The notes under the pieces were generated by a model. It had not been told where the DNA came from. It searched no databases and saw only the letters and a program-made list of their open reading frames with translations. DNA of 60,418 bases from Emticicia sp. (GTDB taxonomy: Bacteria > Bacteroidota > Bacteroidia > Cytophagales > Spirosomataceae), in assembly GCA_031378715.1 (NCBI GenBank), contig JANNEN010000183.1:1-60418 (forward strand). Direction: 5' to 3'. This document shows positions 29,927 through 40,839 of this stretch, piece by piece. The first letter of the stretch is position 1, and every line of letters starts with the position of its first letter. Both the position numbers and the translations under genes were made by a program.

Positions 29927-31237
29927 ATGGCAAATATTGTTGCAATCGTAGGCCGACCGAACGTCGGCAAATCTACCCTTTTTAATCGCCTCATCGAAAG
30001 TCGTGTGGCCATCACCGATAATATGCCTGGCGTAACCCGTGACCGTCACTACGGGCAGGCAGTTTGGACCGAAAAATTTTACACCGTCATTGATACGGGC
30101 GGCTACGTAGTTGGTTCGGAAGATACCTTCGAGGCCGCAATCCGTGAGCAAGTCGAAATCGCTATCGAAGAATCTTCACTTATTTTGTTCGTCGTCGATA
30201 CCATGACAGGTCTGACTGACTTAGACAATGACTTTGCAAATGTACTCCGTCGCTCCAATAAACCCGTTTATGTAGTAGCCAATAAAGCCGAAACTTTCGA
30301 GCGTCACCAGACCGCTTCGGAGTTTTATGAAATGGGTTTGGGCGAAGCTATTTTCCCGATTTCGGCCGCTGACGGCAGCGGAACGGGCGAGTTGCTCGAT
30401 GCCGTAGTGAAAAACTTTGAAGATGAAGGTATCGAAAACCCTGACGCAGGTACGCCAAGAATTGCGATTTTGGGCCGCCCAAATGTCGGTAAATCTTCGT
30501 TTTTGAATGCCCTGACAGGAAAAGACCGAAGTATCGTCAATAGCATAGCAGGTACCACCCGTGATGCGATTGATACGCACTACAAACTTTTTGGCAAAGA
30601 TTTTATCCTAACCGACACGGCGGGTATTCGCCGAAAAGCGAAGGTTCACGAAAACATTGAATTTTATTCAACCCTACGTTCGGTAAAAGCCCTCGAAAAC
30701 TCTGATGTTTGTATCGTGCTGATTGATGCCGCAGTTGGTTTAGAAATGCAGGATATTAGCATCATCGGTCATGCCCACAATTCTAAAAAAGCCATCGTGT
30801 TGATGGTAAATAAATGGGATTTAGTGGAAAAAGACTCCAAAACGGCCGATAAGATGAAAAAAGAAATTTTAGAGCGTTTAGCTCCGATGAATTATATGCC
30901 CGTGATTTTTGCTTCGGTTGTCGAGAAACAGCGTATTTTTCAAGTAATCGAAAAAGTGATGGAGGTTTATGAAAACAAAACCCAAAAAATCACAACTTCG
31001 AAGCTCAACGAAACCATGCTGCCAATTATCGAACGTACACCGCCACCGATGCTCAAAGGCAAGCAAATCAAAATAAAATACTGTGTACAAGTGCCAACGC
31101 CCTCGCCAACCTTTATTTTCTTCTGTAATTTGCCGCAATACGTGCAGGAATCTTATTCTCGTTTTTTGCAAAACAAACTCCGTGAAAACTTCGGCTTTGA
31201 AGGCGTAGCGATTACGGTTTTCTTCCGAGCAAAGTAA
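29927..31237 (+). CDS. der: Ribosome biogenesis GTPase Der (EngA)
   Basis: Two G domains (GRPNVGKS x2, DTGG/DTAG, NKAE/NKWD) plus a KH-like C-terminus. Confidence 0.97.
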   Translation: MANIVAIVGRPNVGKSTLFNRLIESRVAITDNMPGVTRDRHYGQAVWTEKFYTVIDTGGYVVGSEDTFEAAIREQVEIAIEESSLILFVVDTMTGLTDLDNDFANVLRRSNKPVYVVANKAETFERHQTASEFYEMGLGEAIFPISAADGSGTGELLDAVVKNFEDEGIENPDAGTPRIAILGRPNVGKSSFLNALTGKDRSIVNSIAGTTRDAIDTHYKLFGKDFILTDTAGIRRKAKVHENIEFYSTLRSVKALENSDVCIVLIDAAVGLEMQDISIIGHAHNSKKAIVLMVNKWDLVEKDSKTADKMKKEILERLAPMNYMPVIFASVVEKQRIFQVIEKVMEVYENKTQKITTSKLNETMLPIIERTPPPMLKGKQIKIKYCVQVPTPSPTFIFFCNLPQYVQESYSRFLQNKLRENFGFEGVAITVFFRAK

Positions 31238-31261
31238 AAATATGGCAAAAATGAGTTTTTT

Positions 31262-31294
31262 AACGCTGGCAGGGTTCAAAACCCTGCCAGCGTC
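31262..31294. repeat. REP-like palindrome family A, copy 2
   Basis: 32/33 identical to 19870-19902; lies between convergent genes. Confidence 0.92.
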
Positions 31295-31326
31295 TTATTT
31301 TGTATAAGTCATCGTAGAACCTCTTT

Positions 31327-32145
31327 TTATTTAAACTCAAACTTCAAAATATATCCGTGGGAATCTTGACCTTCTGATGAAATGTACAAATCTCCATTGG
31401 GTGCAAAACAAATACCTTCGGGCTGAACGAAGAGGTCAGCGTTAAGTTCGATGAGCGTGTTTTTGTCGCCTTTGGGCGAAAGAATCAAGAGTTTTTTGCC
31501 TTGTGATGAAATGACAAAAATTTCGCCCGTAACTGGGTGAACAGCAATACCCGACGGAGCGAAGGCTTTCTTGTCGTTAGTTCCCTTAATCATATCTTGG
31601 TCGATGGTAAGGTATTTTCCAAAATCACCCGTTGATAAGTTGTAGGCAAAGATAATTTTCTTGTCGTTTTCGCTTTTATCTTGCTCTTTCGTAACCAATA
31701 AAAGGCTGTTAGTCAAGGAGTTATAACCCAAACCTTCGTATTCTTTTACGTCTTTGTGGGTGCAGTCAATCTTTCTCTCAGAAGCATCACTCACCTTGAA
31801 ACCCTTTATTTTTCCATTGCTTTTCATCGTAAAAATCTCATCGCCAACTACCTCAATGCCCTCATAATCAGCATCTTTTCCGATGTCGATTTGCTCTGCG
31901 ATGGCTTTTTTATCTAAATCAAAAATAAATGCAATGCCCTTTTCATCGTTCACGCAAGCCAACTGGTTTTGTTTATAGAACGAAAGTCCTGATATTTCTT
32001 TCAAACTTTCGGGCAGTTCTATCTTGGTCGTTGGTGAATCAATATCATAACGGAAAACATAATCAGAGGCTTTTTTCTTAGGAAAACAAGCAACGATAAT
32101 CAAAGCGATTACCACAAAAAGGATAATAATTTGAAAGATATTCAT
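31327..32145 (-). CDS. SdiA-regulated (YjiK-like) beta-propeller protein
   Basis: EISGL, VNDEKG, DYEGI, EYEGL, PSGIAVHP, QPEGICF..LYISSEG. Confidence 0.78.
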   Translation of the reverse strand: MNIFQIIILFVVIALIIVACFPKKKASDYVFRYDIDSPTTKIELPESLKEISGLSFYKQNQLACVNDEKGIAFIFDLDKKAIAEQIDIGKDADYEGIEVVGDEIFTMKSNGKIKGFKVSDASERKIDCTHKDVKEYEGLGYNSLTNSLLLVTKEQDKSENDKKIIFAYNLSTGDFGKYLTIDQDMIKGTNDKKAFAPSGIAVHPVTGEIFVISSQGKKLLILSPKGDKNTLIELNADLFVQPEGICFAPNGDLYISSEGQDSHGYILKFEFK

Positions 32146-32169
32146 GATATAAATTGGTTAAAATGACTA

Positions 32170-32210
32170 AAAACAACAAGGCAACAGTCAGATTACCAAC
32201 TGTTGCCTTG
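32170..32210 (-). terminator. Intrinsic terminator of DUF2795 gene
   Basis: CAAGGCAACAGT..ACTGTTGCCTTG 12 bp stem with a minus-strand U-rich tail. Confidence 0.7.
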
Positions 32211-32239
32211 AAAAAAAGTGTACGCTACCGAGCCGCTCC

Positions 32240-32461
32240 TCAATATTCATCTTCATTGAAGAAGAAGTCATCTTTGGTCGGATAGTCAGGCCAAATCTCT
32301 TCGATGCTCTCATACGGCTGTCCGTCGTCTTCGAGTTCTTGGAGATTTTCAATAACTTCAATGGGTGCTCCCGAACGAATCGAAAAATCTATCAACTCAT
32401 CTTTTGTAGCGGGCCACGGAGCGTCTTCCAAATATGACGCAAGTTCGAGTGTCCAATACAT
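32240..32461 (-). CDS. DUF2795 domain small acidic protein
   Basis: 73 aa MYWTLELASYLEDAPWPATKDELID..., a highly conserved Bacteroidota protein; -7 element TACTTTTG at 32502-32509 (minus strand). Confidence 0.9.
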   Translation of the reverse strand: MYWTLELASYLEDAPWPATKDELIDFSIRSGAPIEVIENLQELEDDGQPYESIEEIWPDYPTKDDFFFNEDEY

Positions 32462-32801
32462 AGTTTTATTTCTTTTTAGTGTTAAAAAAAATTTGAGGCT
32501 GCAAAAGTAAAACAAAAATTTACTTATCAAACTAATTAACGTAAAAATCTATTTTATTCCTAACGTTTTTTGTGGAAAATATTGTAAAAAAGTTTCAAAA
32601 AAAATGATTTCCCTAAATAAATTACTGATAATGAGTTGCTTAGAAAAGAATAATGGACTCGAAAATTGGGGTTGTTTTTGGTGAATTTTAAAAAAACGAA
32701 AGCATGAAAAAATTTTTCACGCTTTCGTTTGCTTGCTAATAAAGACTTTGAAAAAAAGCATTGATAATCAAGCACTTCTATTCATTGAACACATTCTTAC
32801 A

Positions 32802-35303
32802 CTACTCTCGACTAACTCTGCTCGCTCCGCTGGTATTAGAATTAAAATCCTTCACTTTGCCAAACTTTATATGGCTATCCCCGCTGGCATCGGCTTGTAC
32901 TTGATTGATTTCCATTTGTTTGGCATCAATGTGGCACGCCCCCGAAATATCAATGTTTATTTTATCTGCCGAGCCTCTCAAATCAGCTCTCGAAGCTCCC
33001 GAAGCATCAAATTCCAGTTTGCGAACTTCCACATCAATCGCCGCTTTTGCCGAGCCGCTGAGGTCGATTTCAAGGTCTTTGGTTTTGTCTTTGAAGCCAA
33101 TCGCTTTCACACTTGATGACCCCGACATATCAAGCCCTGTCAGCTTTGGCATAGTGATATTTATTCTTACAGATTCGTTTCTTCTGCCGAACAAAAACTT
33201 ATCCTTGTAACTAATTTTGAGTGTATTATTACTAATTTCCAAATCCAAATCATCGAGTTCGTCTTGGTTATCCGAGTCGGCCGTGATGCTGAAACTATCT
33301 CCTCGGCGAATGGTGACAACGAAAGTGCCGCCCGCATCAACTTTTTCAAAACCTTTTAGATTGAATTTCTTTTCAAGCGGCCCTTTTTCGTCAAAAATAC
33401 TGTAATCGAACGAAGCATCTTCGTCATTGCTGTCACTGTTGCGAATCGCCTCTTTTTCCTCTTCGCTTAGTTTTGGGCAATCTCGGCAGACTATTCCTGA
33501 GTCACGCTTCATAACAAACGTATATTTATCAATATCATCTCCGTCAATGTCAAAGTTATTATGCTCATTTCGATTTCTTCCGAAAACGTGGTAATAAAAA
33601 TCTTGTGAAATCTTGAATGGTCGCTCGTACGGAATCGAAAGTGTCATTTCGAGTTCCTGCCCTCGATAAGGAGTTTTTTCGGGAAGGCTCACTTCTTCAT
33701 CAAAAACCAGCGTAGAATCTCGTTGGGTGATGTTATACAATATTTTCTTGGCGTTATTCTCGGCAATAATTCGGGTACGCCCCGATGCCTCAAAGCGTTG
33801 TTCGAGCTTCAAATCTGTTCCTTCGTAACCAACCAAATCAATTTTCACTTCGTTTTTTACCGATATTCCAACCATGACTTCGTCACGGTTATCTTTCGAG
33901 TCGAGCATCAGCGTTTGCCCCGATAGCGTGTATGGGAAATTTTTTGTTTGTTCAAATCGTTCTTTCTTCGCAAAGTTCAGCCCGCCTTTGATGCCCAAAA
34001 TACTAATTCCGATGATGCCTATGAGCCAAAGTCCGAGCAACGAAATCCAGAAATTTCGAGTACCGATGCGGCGGTTGCTTACGAATGTCAAACCCGCCAA
34101 AAGAAAGGCTAAAAATGGCGTAACCAGGGCAAAGAACGCAAACAGCCCAGCCGTTGGGTGAACCTCTCTGATGAGGTTATGAAAAGGGCTATTATCAAAA
34201 AACGTCACACCGTCAATGCCCGAAGTAACGCCATAAAATGCCGCAATCGACACAATAAAACCTATCAGAACGGCCAGTGAGATGATTACCAAGAAAATAC
34301 CTGCTATAACCCGTGCCACGGGGCCGAGGGTTTTGAGAACTTCGCCCAAGCCTTTGATGACCGCCCCAACCAACCGAAATGGAAACAAAAGGATTTTTGT
34401 AAGCCCATTTTCGGGAGCATTTTTATCAACATTGATGCTTTCTTTAATGTTTGATTCAATGTTGGAAAGTGTCACTGGTTCGCCTTTCATTTCCATTTTT
34501 TGGGTAAGGGTTTGTGCCTTCGGAGCTACAATCCAGAGAATGATGTAGGAGATAAAACCGATGCCAAAAACGAAAAGCCCAAAGGCAAATAACAAGCGGA
34601 CAACTGTAATATCAACGCCAAAGTAGGCCGCCAAGCCGCTACAAACGCCGCCCAGTACTTTCTCGTCGTTGTTGCGGTAAAATTTCTTGATTTTTTTGTC
34701 TTCGTCAAGGTTAAAGTTTTGGGGAAACACTATCCAACAAACAAAGTAAGCCAAAAACATAAAGCCCGAAAATGGCCCCAAGCTATCATCAATCGGAGGT
34801 AAACCCAAAGCCAAAAACAGAAATATAATGCGTATCCAAACCACATCAATATTAAAATAATGAGCCAAACCCGCCAAAACTCCACCCAAGGCCTTGCGTT
34901 TTACGTCACGGTACAATCGTTTTGGTTCGGTAGTGGCACTGGGTGCTTGCTGAGTATCTCCTGTTGGCGACTGAGAATTGGCAACTGCTGCCTGCCGACC
35001 ACCAACTGCCGATTGCTGAAGGTCTTCGTCCTCTTCGATTGCCTCAAAGTCCGCCACGCTTCCCATCGACTTGATGAGGTCATTTACCCCCTCGAGCGTA
35101 ATGACGGGCTGGCTGTCGGATTTTTGATTTGTCCAAAATTTTTCCGCAATACGGGCTTCGATGTCACTCACAATCTCTTGGCTTCCTTCGTACGATGCAA
35201 AGTATTGTTTTATCGAAGTCAAATAATTATTGAGTTTTTCGTAGGCATCTTCCTCGATGTTGAACACCATGCCCGCTATGTTAATCTGTATAGTCTTTTT
35301 CAT
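32802..35303 (-). CDS. PspC-domain membrane protein with C-terminal DUF2807/GIN beta-helix
   Basis: Two PspC motifs (LYRD..ALGGVLAGLA; FYRN..VLGGVCSGLA), TM helices, C-terminal SGSS/SGAS repeats. Confidence 0.85.
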   Translation of the reverse strand: MKKTIQINIAGMVFNIEEDAYEKLNNYLTSIKQYFASYEGSQEIVSDIEARIAEKFWTNQKSDSQPVITLEGVNDLIKSMGSVADFEAIEEDEDLQQSAVGGRQAAVANSQSPTGDTQQAPSATTEPKRLYRDVKRKALGGVLAGLAHYFNIDVVWIRIIFLFLALGLPPIDDSLGPFSGFMFLAYFVCWIVFPQNFNLDEDKKIKKFYRNNDEKVLGGVCSGLAAYFGVDITVVRLLFAFGLFVFGIGFISYIILWIVAPKAQTLTQKMEMKGEPVTLSNIESNIKESINVDKNAPENGLTKILLFPFRLVGAVIKGLGEVLKTLGPVARVIAGIFLVIISLAVLIGFIVSIAAFYGVTSGIDGVTFFDNSPFHNLIREVHPTAGLFAFFALVTPFLAFLLAGLTFVSNRRIGTRNFWISLLGLWLIGIIGISILGIKGGLNFAKKERFEQTKNFPYTLSGQTLMLDSKDNRDEVMVGISVKNEVKIDLVGYEGTDLKLEQRFEASGRTRIIAENNAKKILYNITQRDSTLVFDEEVSLPEKTPYRGQELEMTLSIPYERPFKISQDFYYHVFGRNRNEHNNFDIDGDDIDKYTFVMKRDSGIVCRDCPKLSEEEKEAIRNSDSNDEDASFDYSIFDEKGPLEKKFNLKGFEKVDAGGTFVVTIRRGDSFSITADSDNQDELDDLDLEISNNTLKISYKDKFLFGRRNESVRINITMPKLTGLDMSGSSSVKAIGFKDKTKDLEIDLSGSAKAAIDVEVRKLEFDASGASRADLRGSADKINIDISGACHIDAKQMEINQVQADASGDSHIKFGKVKDFNSNTSGASRVSRE

Positions 35304-35402
35304 TGTTTTAATGATGAATGATTAGGTAGTTGAAAACTCACGAGTAACCCTCAATGAGTAGATAACTTATTGATAATCAAGTATTTATTAAAATTTTAGC
35401 AT

Positions 35403-35732
35403 TTATTTTTTGCTTATAATTGTACCTACGGATTCCGAAAGTTCGTTCCATGTATTGTGCAGATTGTCCAAAAATAACAGCCCCGTATCGGTCAATACGT
35501 AGTATTTTCGGGGCGGTCCCGAAGTCGATTCTACCCATTTGTAGTCGAGCAACCCAGCGTTTTTTAGTCGGGTAAGGAGCGGGTAAAGTGTGCCTTCAAC
35601 GACCATTATTTTGGCATTGATAAGTTCATACAGAATCTCGGAGGCGTAAATCTCGCCCCTCGAAATGATGTGCAGAATGCAGTATTCCAGAATCCCTTTC
35701 CGCATCTGCACTTGGGCATTTTCTAAATCCAT
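35403..35732 (-). CDS. PadR family transcriptional regulator
   Basis: QMRKGILE, EGTLYPLLTRL, GPPRKYY. Confidence 0.93.
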   Translation of the reverse strand: MDLENAQVQMRKGILEYCILHIISRGEIYASEILYELINAKIMVVEGTLYPLLTRLKNAGLLDYKWVESTSGPPRKYYVLTDTGLLFLDNLHNTWNELSESVGTIISKK

Positions 35733-35756
35733 AGTGATATTCGTAATATTATGATA

Positions 35757-35792
35757 CAAAGATATAATAAGGTACTATGTAATGCAAGATAC
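35757..35792 (-). promoter_or_regulatory. padR promoter -7 element and putative PadR operator
   Basis: Minus-strand TATCTTTG at 35757-35764; imperfect palindrome GTACTATGTAATGCAAGATAC at 35772-35792. Confidence 0.55.
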
Positions 35793-35906
35793 TTGGTGAA
35801 AAAGTTTGCGTTTTTCGGATAAAAGGCAAAATTTGCAAGTAGATTGCAGTATATTTATTGATGAAAATTAATACTTTTGGCAAAATCTTGACTCAAACAA
35901 AACCAA

Positions 35907-37232
35907 ATGAAGCATTTTTCAATCGGTATCCTTTGGCGGCTCACGGTACTGACACTATTTCTGGTAATAATTGTTTATTTTATTTCCGAAAAACAATGGC
36001 TTTTAGCGGGTTTTGCATTGCTCGTAGCGGGCGGAATGTTTTTTTCTATCTTTACCTACGTTACTTCGGTTAATCGAAAATTAGCTCGTTTTTTTGAATC
36101 AGTCAGGTACAGCGATTTTGCGGTGAAGTTTCGGGCGGACAATAAACTGGGCAAAAGTTTTGAAGAAGTAAATCAGCAACTCAATGGTGTGCTTGATGCG
36201 TTTCGGCAAGCCCGTGCCGAAAAAGAAGCCAATCTACATTATATTAATACCATCGTTCAGCACGTCAATGTGGGTTTGTTGTCGTTTGATGCTTCGGGGA
36301 ATATCAAACTAATCAATAATGCCGCTTTTCGTACATTGGGTATTTATCGCCTACGAAATATTTCCGAACTCAACAATAGTACGCATACGGGTCTGCACGA
36401 AATCCTGAAAAACCTCGCTTCGGGCAGCAAAACCCTTTACACAAGCCCCAATGAGCAGCAAATTATTATCAATTCAACGGTTGTGAGTTTGCGGGGACAC
36501 CTAATAAATTTGGTTTCGCTACAAAACATTCAGTCCGAATTACAAGAAAAAGAATTAGATGCGTGGCAAAACCTCACCAAAGTTCTGCGGCACGAAATCA
36601 TGAACTCCGTTACGCCCATCGTTTCGTTGGCCAGCACGATGCGGGAAATAATAGAAGTTGATTTATCGGACAAAACCGAAATCAAGGAAACCGTTGATGA
36701 TTTGCGGGAAGCCCTCCAAACGATTGAAAACCGCAGCAAAGGCATCATGAACTTCGTGAACGCTTATCGAGAATTTACGACCATTCCGAAGCCTGTTTTT
36801 CAGGAAACAACCGCCAAGACATTGCTCAACCACTTGCTCAATCTTGTGCAGCCCCAGTTCAAAATCAAGGGGATAAAACTAAACACGGAGTTTAAAAGTG
36901 ATTTTTCGCTGCTTGCCGATACCGACCATATAGAAATGGTGCTGATAAATATCGTAAAAAATGCCATCGAAGCCGTAGAAACCAAACTCAATCCCGCAAT
37001 AAATATCCGAACGTACCAAGCTGATAATCAGCGAATTATCGAAATTTCGGACAACGGAAGCGGCATCGAACCCGAAGCCCTCGAAAAGATTTTTATTCCA
37101 TTTTACACAACCAAAAAAACGGGGTCGGGTATCGGGCTGAGTTTATCCCGCCAAATCATGCAAATGCACGGCGGCAACCTCAAGGTATTATCAAAAGTAG
37201 GGGAAGGAAGTCGGTTTTTGGTGATATTTTAG
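35907..37232 (+). CDS. Sensor histidine kinase (NtrY-like, PAS + HisKA + HATPase)
   Basis: 2 TM helices, LRHEIMNS H-box, NIVKNA, DNGSGI, FYTTKKTGSGIGL. Confidence 0.92.
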   Translation: MKHFSIGILWRLTVLTLFLVIIVYFISEKQWLLAGFALLVAGGMFFSIFTYVTSVNRKLARFFESVRYSDFAVKFRADNKLGKSFEEVNQQLNGVLDAFRQARAEKEANLHYINTIVQHVNVGLLSFDASGNIKLINNAAFRTLGIYRLRNISELNNSTHTGLHEILKNLASGSKTLYTSPNEQQIIINSTVVSLRGHLINLVSLQNIQSELQEKELDAWQNLTKVLRHEIMNSVTPIVSLASTMREIIEVDLSDKTEIKETVDDLREALQTIENRSKGIMNFVNAYREFTTIPKPVFQETTAKTLLNHLLNLVQPQFKIKGIKLNTEFKSDFSLLADTDHIEMVLINIVKNAIEAVETKLNPAINIRTYQADNQRIIEISDNGSGIEPEALEKIFIPFYTTKKTGSGIGLSLSRQIMQMHGGNLKVLSKVGEGSRFLVIF

Positions 37233-37243
37233 AAGAAAATAGT

Positions 37244-37252
37244 TGTGGATAA
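37244..37252 (-). promoter_or_regulatory. Isolated perfect DnaA box
   Basis: TGTGGATAA in a convergent intergenic gap. Confidence 0.4.
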
Positions 37253-37299
37253 CCTCATGGGTTTGCCACAATGTAATAGCCGAACAAAGGTAAAATAGT

Positions 37300-37950
37300 T
37301 TAGTCCAAGAGCCGTGTTTCTAATATTTCTTTAAACTTACGAAGCATAGCAATAATTTGCATTAAATCCTCAACTTCGGTACATTCATAAACTTTTGAAA
37401 TACAATAAGTTTTTTGGTGCATCAAAAAAAACTCCCATCTTCTTCCCTTGATACTGCAACCATAGATAGGCTTATTATTTTTATTTTTTTCTTGAGCTAT
37501 CAAAAATGCCTCTAAAAGTTGGGCATCGGGGTCGCCTGAGGGGTCTTTGTCTTTTTTATATTCTTGGAAATGAAAATAAGGCGATTCTGGTAAATCCAAA
37601 ATACCTTTGGCAAGCATAAAATCAGTTTTTATTTTCAAAAAATGCCCTTCAATCGTTGCTTCAATTGTTTCTTCAAAATAGGTTTTATAATTTGGAGAAT
37701 TGACAATATGCCCCAATTTTAACACGAATGATATAAAATTCATTTTTAATGTTTCCTCATTCCAACCCGCTATATTTTCAAATGCGTCTTTCAAGATGAT
37801 GTCAAAAAGATACTGCTCATGTTCATTGAGGCTTGTTTGCGTAGTTGTCCATTCTTCCATTAGCGGAAAAGAACGGTTGCCCACTAAACGAGTTAAGCCA
37901 AACGTTTTTATCAATTCGGCTTCGCTATATTGTTTGGTCTTTTTTGCCAT
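37300..37950 (-). CDS. Hypothetical protein, probable PD-(D/E)xK nuclease fold
   Basis: WNEE.LKM.FI, TDF..QEYKK, AQLL, YGC..G..W.F; ATG at 37950. Confidence 0.65.
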   Translation of the reverse strand: MAKKTKQYSEAELIKTFGLTRLVGNRSFPLMEEWTTTQTSLNEHEQYLFDIILKDAFENIAGWNEETLKMNFISFVLKLGHIVNSPNYKTYFEETIEATIEGHFLKIKTDFMLAKGILDLPESPYFHFQEYKKDKDPSGDPDAQLLEAFLIAQEKNKNNKPIYGCSIKGRRWEFFLMHQKTYCISKVYECTEVEDLMQIIAMLRKFKEILETRLLD

Positions 37951-38088
37951 AGTTTTACTTTTTATGCAAATATACATTTTTTTGAATAGGAATATTTTAC
38001 ATACCAAACCCATTTTCCTCTTTTATTCCAACAAAACGGGCAGAAATCTAACTTTCTTCTAAATAAAATACAAAAACGCTGTTCAAGT

Positions 38089-38120
38089 TTTGCTTTTCAG
38101 CACTTGTTTTCCTAATTTTG
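38089..38120 (+). promoter_or_regulatory. atpD promoter (-33/-7)
   Basis: TTTG 38089-38092, 20 bp spacer, TAATTTTG 38113-38120. Confidence 0.7.
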
Positions 38121-38180
38121 CACGCTGAAACTCGAATGCACAAATTATCGTTTCAGATTTCAATTTAAAATTCTCAATAA

Positions 38181-39686
<1,506 letters not shown>

Positions 39687-39777
39687 TTACAGTAAACAAT
39701 TAACAATTAACAATTAACAATTATCTAAGAACAAACCTTAGTAGCTGATAATTGATAATTGATAACTGATAATTGAA
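39687..39777. repeat. Inverted heptamer tandem-repeat hairpin
   Basis: (TAACAAT)n at 39687-39721 versus (AATTGAT)n at 39743-39777. Confidence 0.85.
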
Positions 39778-39780
39778 AAA

Positions 39781-40023
39781 ATGAACTTAGAAATAATTAC
39801 TCCTGATAAAAAGGTTTACGCTGGTGTTGTTGATTCGGTAATTTTACCAGGAAACAATGGTGGATTTCAAATCCTGAAAGACCACGCACCAATCGTCAGT
39901 ACACTCGCCAAGGGAAACTTGGTCATCGAAGCCAACGGAAAAAAAGAAATTTTTATCGTGGACGGTGGCGTGGTGGAAGTTGCCAAAAACAAAGTGTTGG
40001 TTTTGGCCGAATCGGTAGCTTAG
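39781..40023 (+). CDS. atpC: F1F0 ATP synthase epsilon subunit (short form)
   Basis: LEIITPD..LPG..G.FQIL.DHAP..GGVVEV..VLVLAE. Confidence 0.95.
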   Translation: MNLEIITPDKKVYAGVVDSVILPGNNGGFQILKDHAPIVSTLAKGNLVIEANGKKEIFIVDGGVVEVAKNKVLVLAESVA

Positions 40024-40043
40024 AAATTTTTTTGTAATAATAC

Positions 40044-40092
40044 AAAAGCCCAAAGCAAGTGCAGACTTTTCTGTACCTGCTTTGGGTTTTTT
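40044..40092 (+). terminator. atpDC terminator
   Basis: AAAAGCCCAAAGCA..TGCTTTGGGTTTTT. Confidence 0.78.
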
Positions 40093-40218
40093 CGTGAAAT
40101 GGGTATTCAATTGAAGTAATCTTTTGCGTTTGGCAATTTTTAAATCCTATTCAAAATACTTAGATTTATATCAAAACTCCCTGAAAACATTTTTCCAACC
40201 TACCAAAAACAAATCAAC

Positions 40219-40806
40219 TTGGAACCAATAGCGGTATTTATTAATGTAATTCAAACAATTTGCCCCGAAATAAGTGATGCTGAATTGAAAGCGTTTGAAT
40301 CGGGTTTAGTTGTGACGCATTTTAAAAATAAGGAATTGGTATTCGAGAAAGAAAAACCCCATGAACAAATTTTGTACATTGTTTCGGGTTTGGTTCGGAG
40401 TTTTTATATTGATGACAAAGGCTCGGAAATTTCGGCGTATTTCATCAAAGAACTTGATTTTGTGTCGGATTATCCCGCCTTTTTGAATGATTCCAAAAGT
40501 AATTACTTCTTTCAAACCCTCGAAGCAACAACCGTTGTTGCACTACCCAAAAGTCTGATTTTGAAAGCCTACGAAACTTCGCCAAAGTTTGAGAAATTTG
40601 GTAGATTAATCGCCGAGGAAGCCGTGAAGTTTTTACAAGGTCGAATGGATAGTTTTTTGTTCAAAACAGCAACTGAGCGGTATTTAGAATTTATTGACAA
40701 AGAAAACGGGCTTTTTAATAGATTATCAGTTGAACATATCGCTACATATTTGGGTATCGAACGCCAATCATTGACCCGAATAAGAAAAAAACTCAACACA
40801 AAGTAA
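40219..40806 (+). CDS. Crp/Fnr family transcriptional regulator
   Basis: cNMP-binding region (GLVRSFY), TATERY, HTH IATYLGIERQSLTRIRK; TTG start. Confidence 0.88.
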   Translation: MEPIAVFINVIQTICPEISDAELKAFESGLVVTHFKNKELVFEKEKPHEQILYIVSGLVRSFYIDDKGSEISAYFIKELDFVSDYPAFLNDSKSNYFFQTLEATTVVALPKSLILKAYETSPKFEKFGRLIAEEAVKFLQGRMDSFLFKTATERYLEFIDKENGLFNRLSVEHIATYLGIERQSLTRIRKKLNTK

Positions 40807-40813
40807 TTTTTTG

Positions 40814-40839
40814 AAATATGGCTCATTTGTGCCATATTT
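40814..40839. promoter_or_regulatory. Palindromic operator candidate
   Basis: AAATATGGCTCA-TT-TGTGCCATATTT between crp-like and VOC genes. Confidence 0.55.

Noticed and set aside
29698-29985. 95 aa ORF across the EamA-der gap
   Set aside because: It is a translation of the REP doublet and promoter DNA and overlaps both neighbours.
32571-32579. Single 8/9 DnaA-like boxes (32571, 41191)
   Set aside because: Isolated one-mismatch boxes are expected by chance in AT-rich DNA.
39781-40023. atpC as a truncated pseudogene, and an incomplete atp operon
   Set aside because: A short epsilon subunit and a separate atpD-atpC pair are normal in Bacteroidota.
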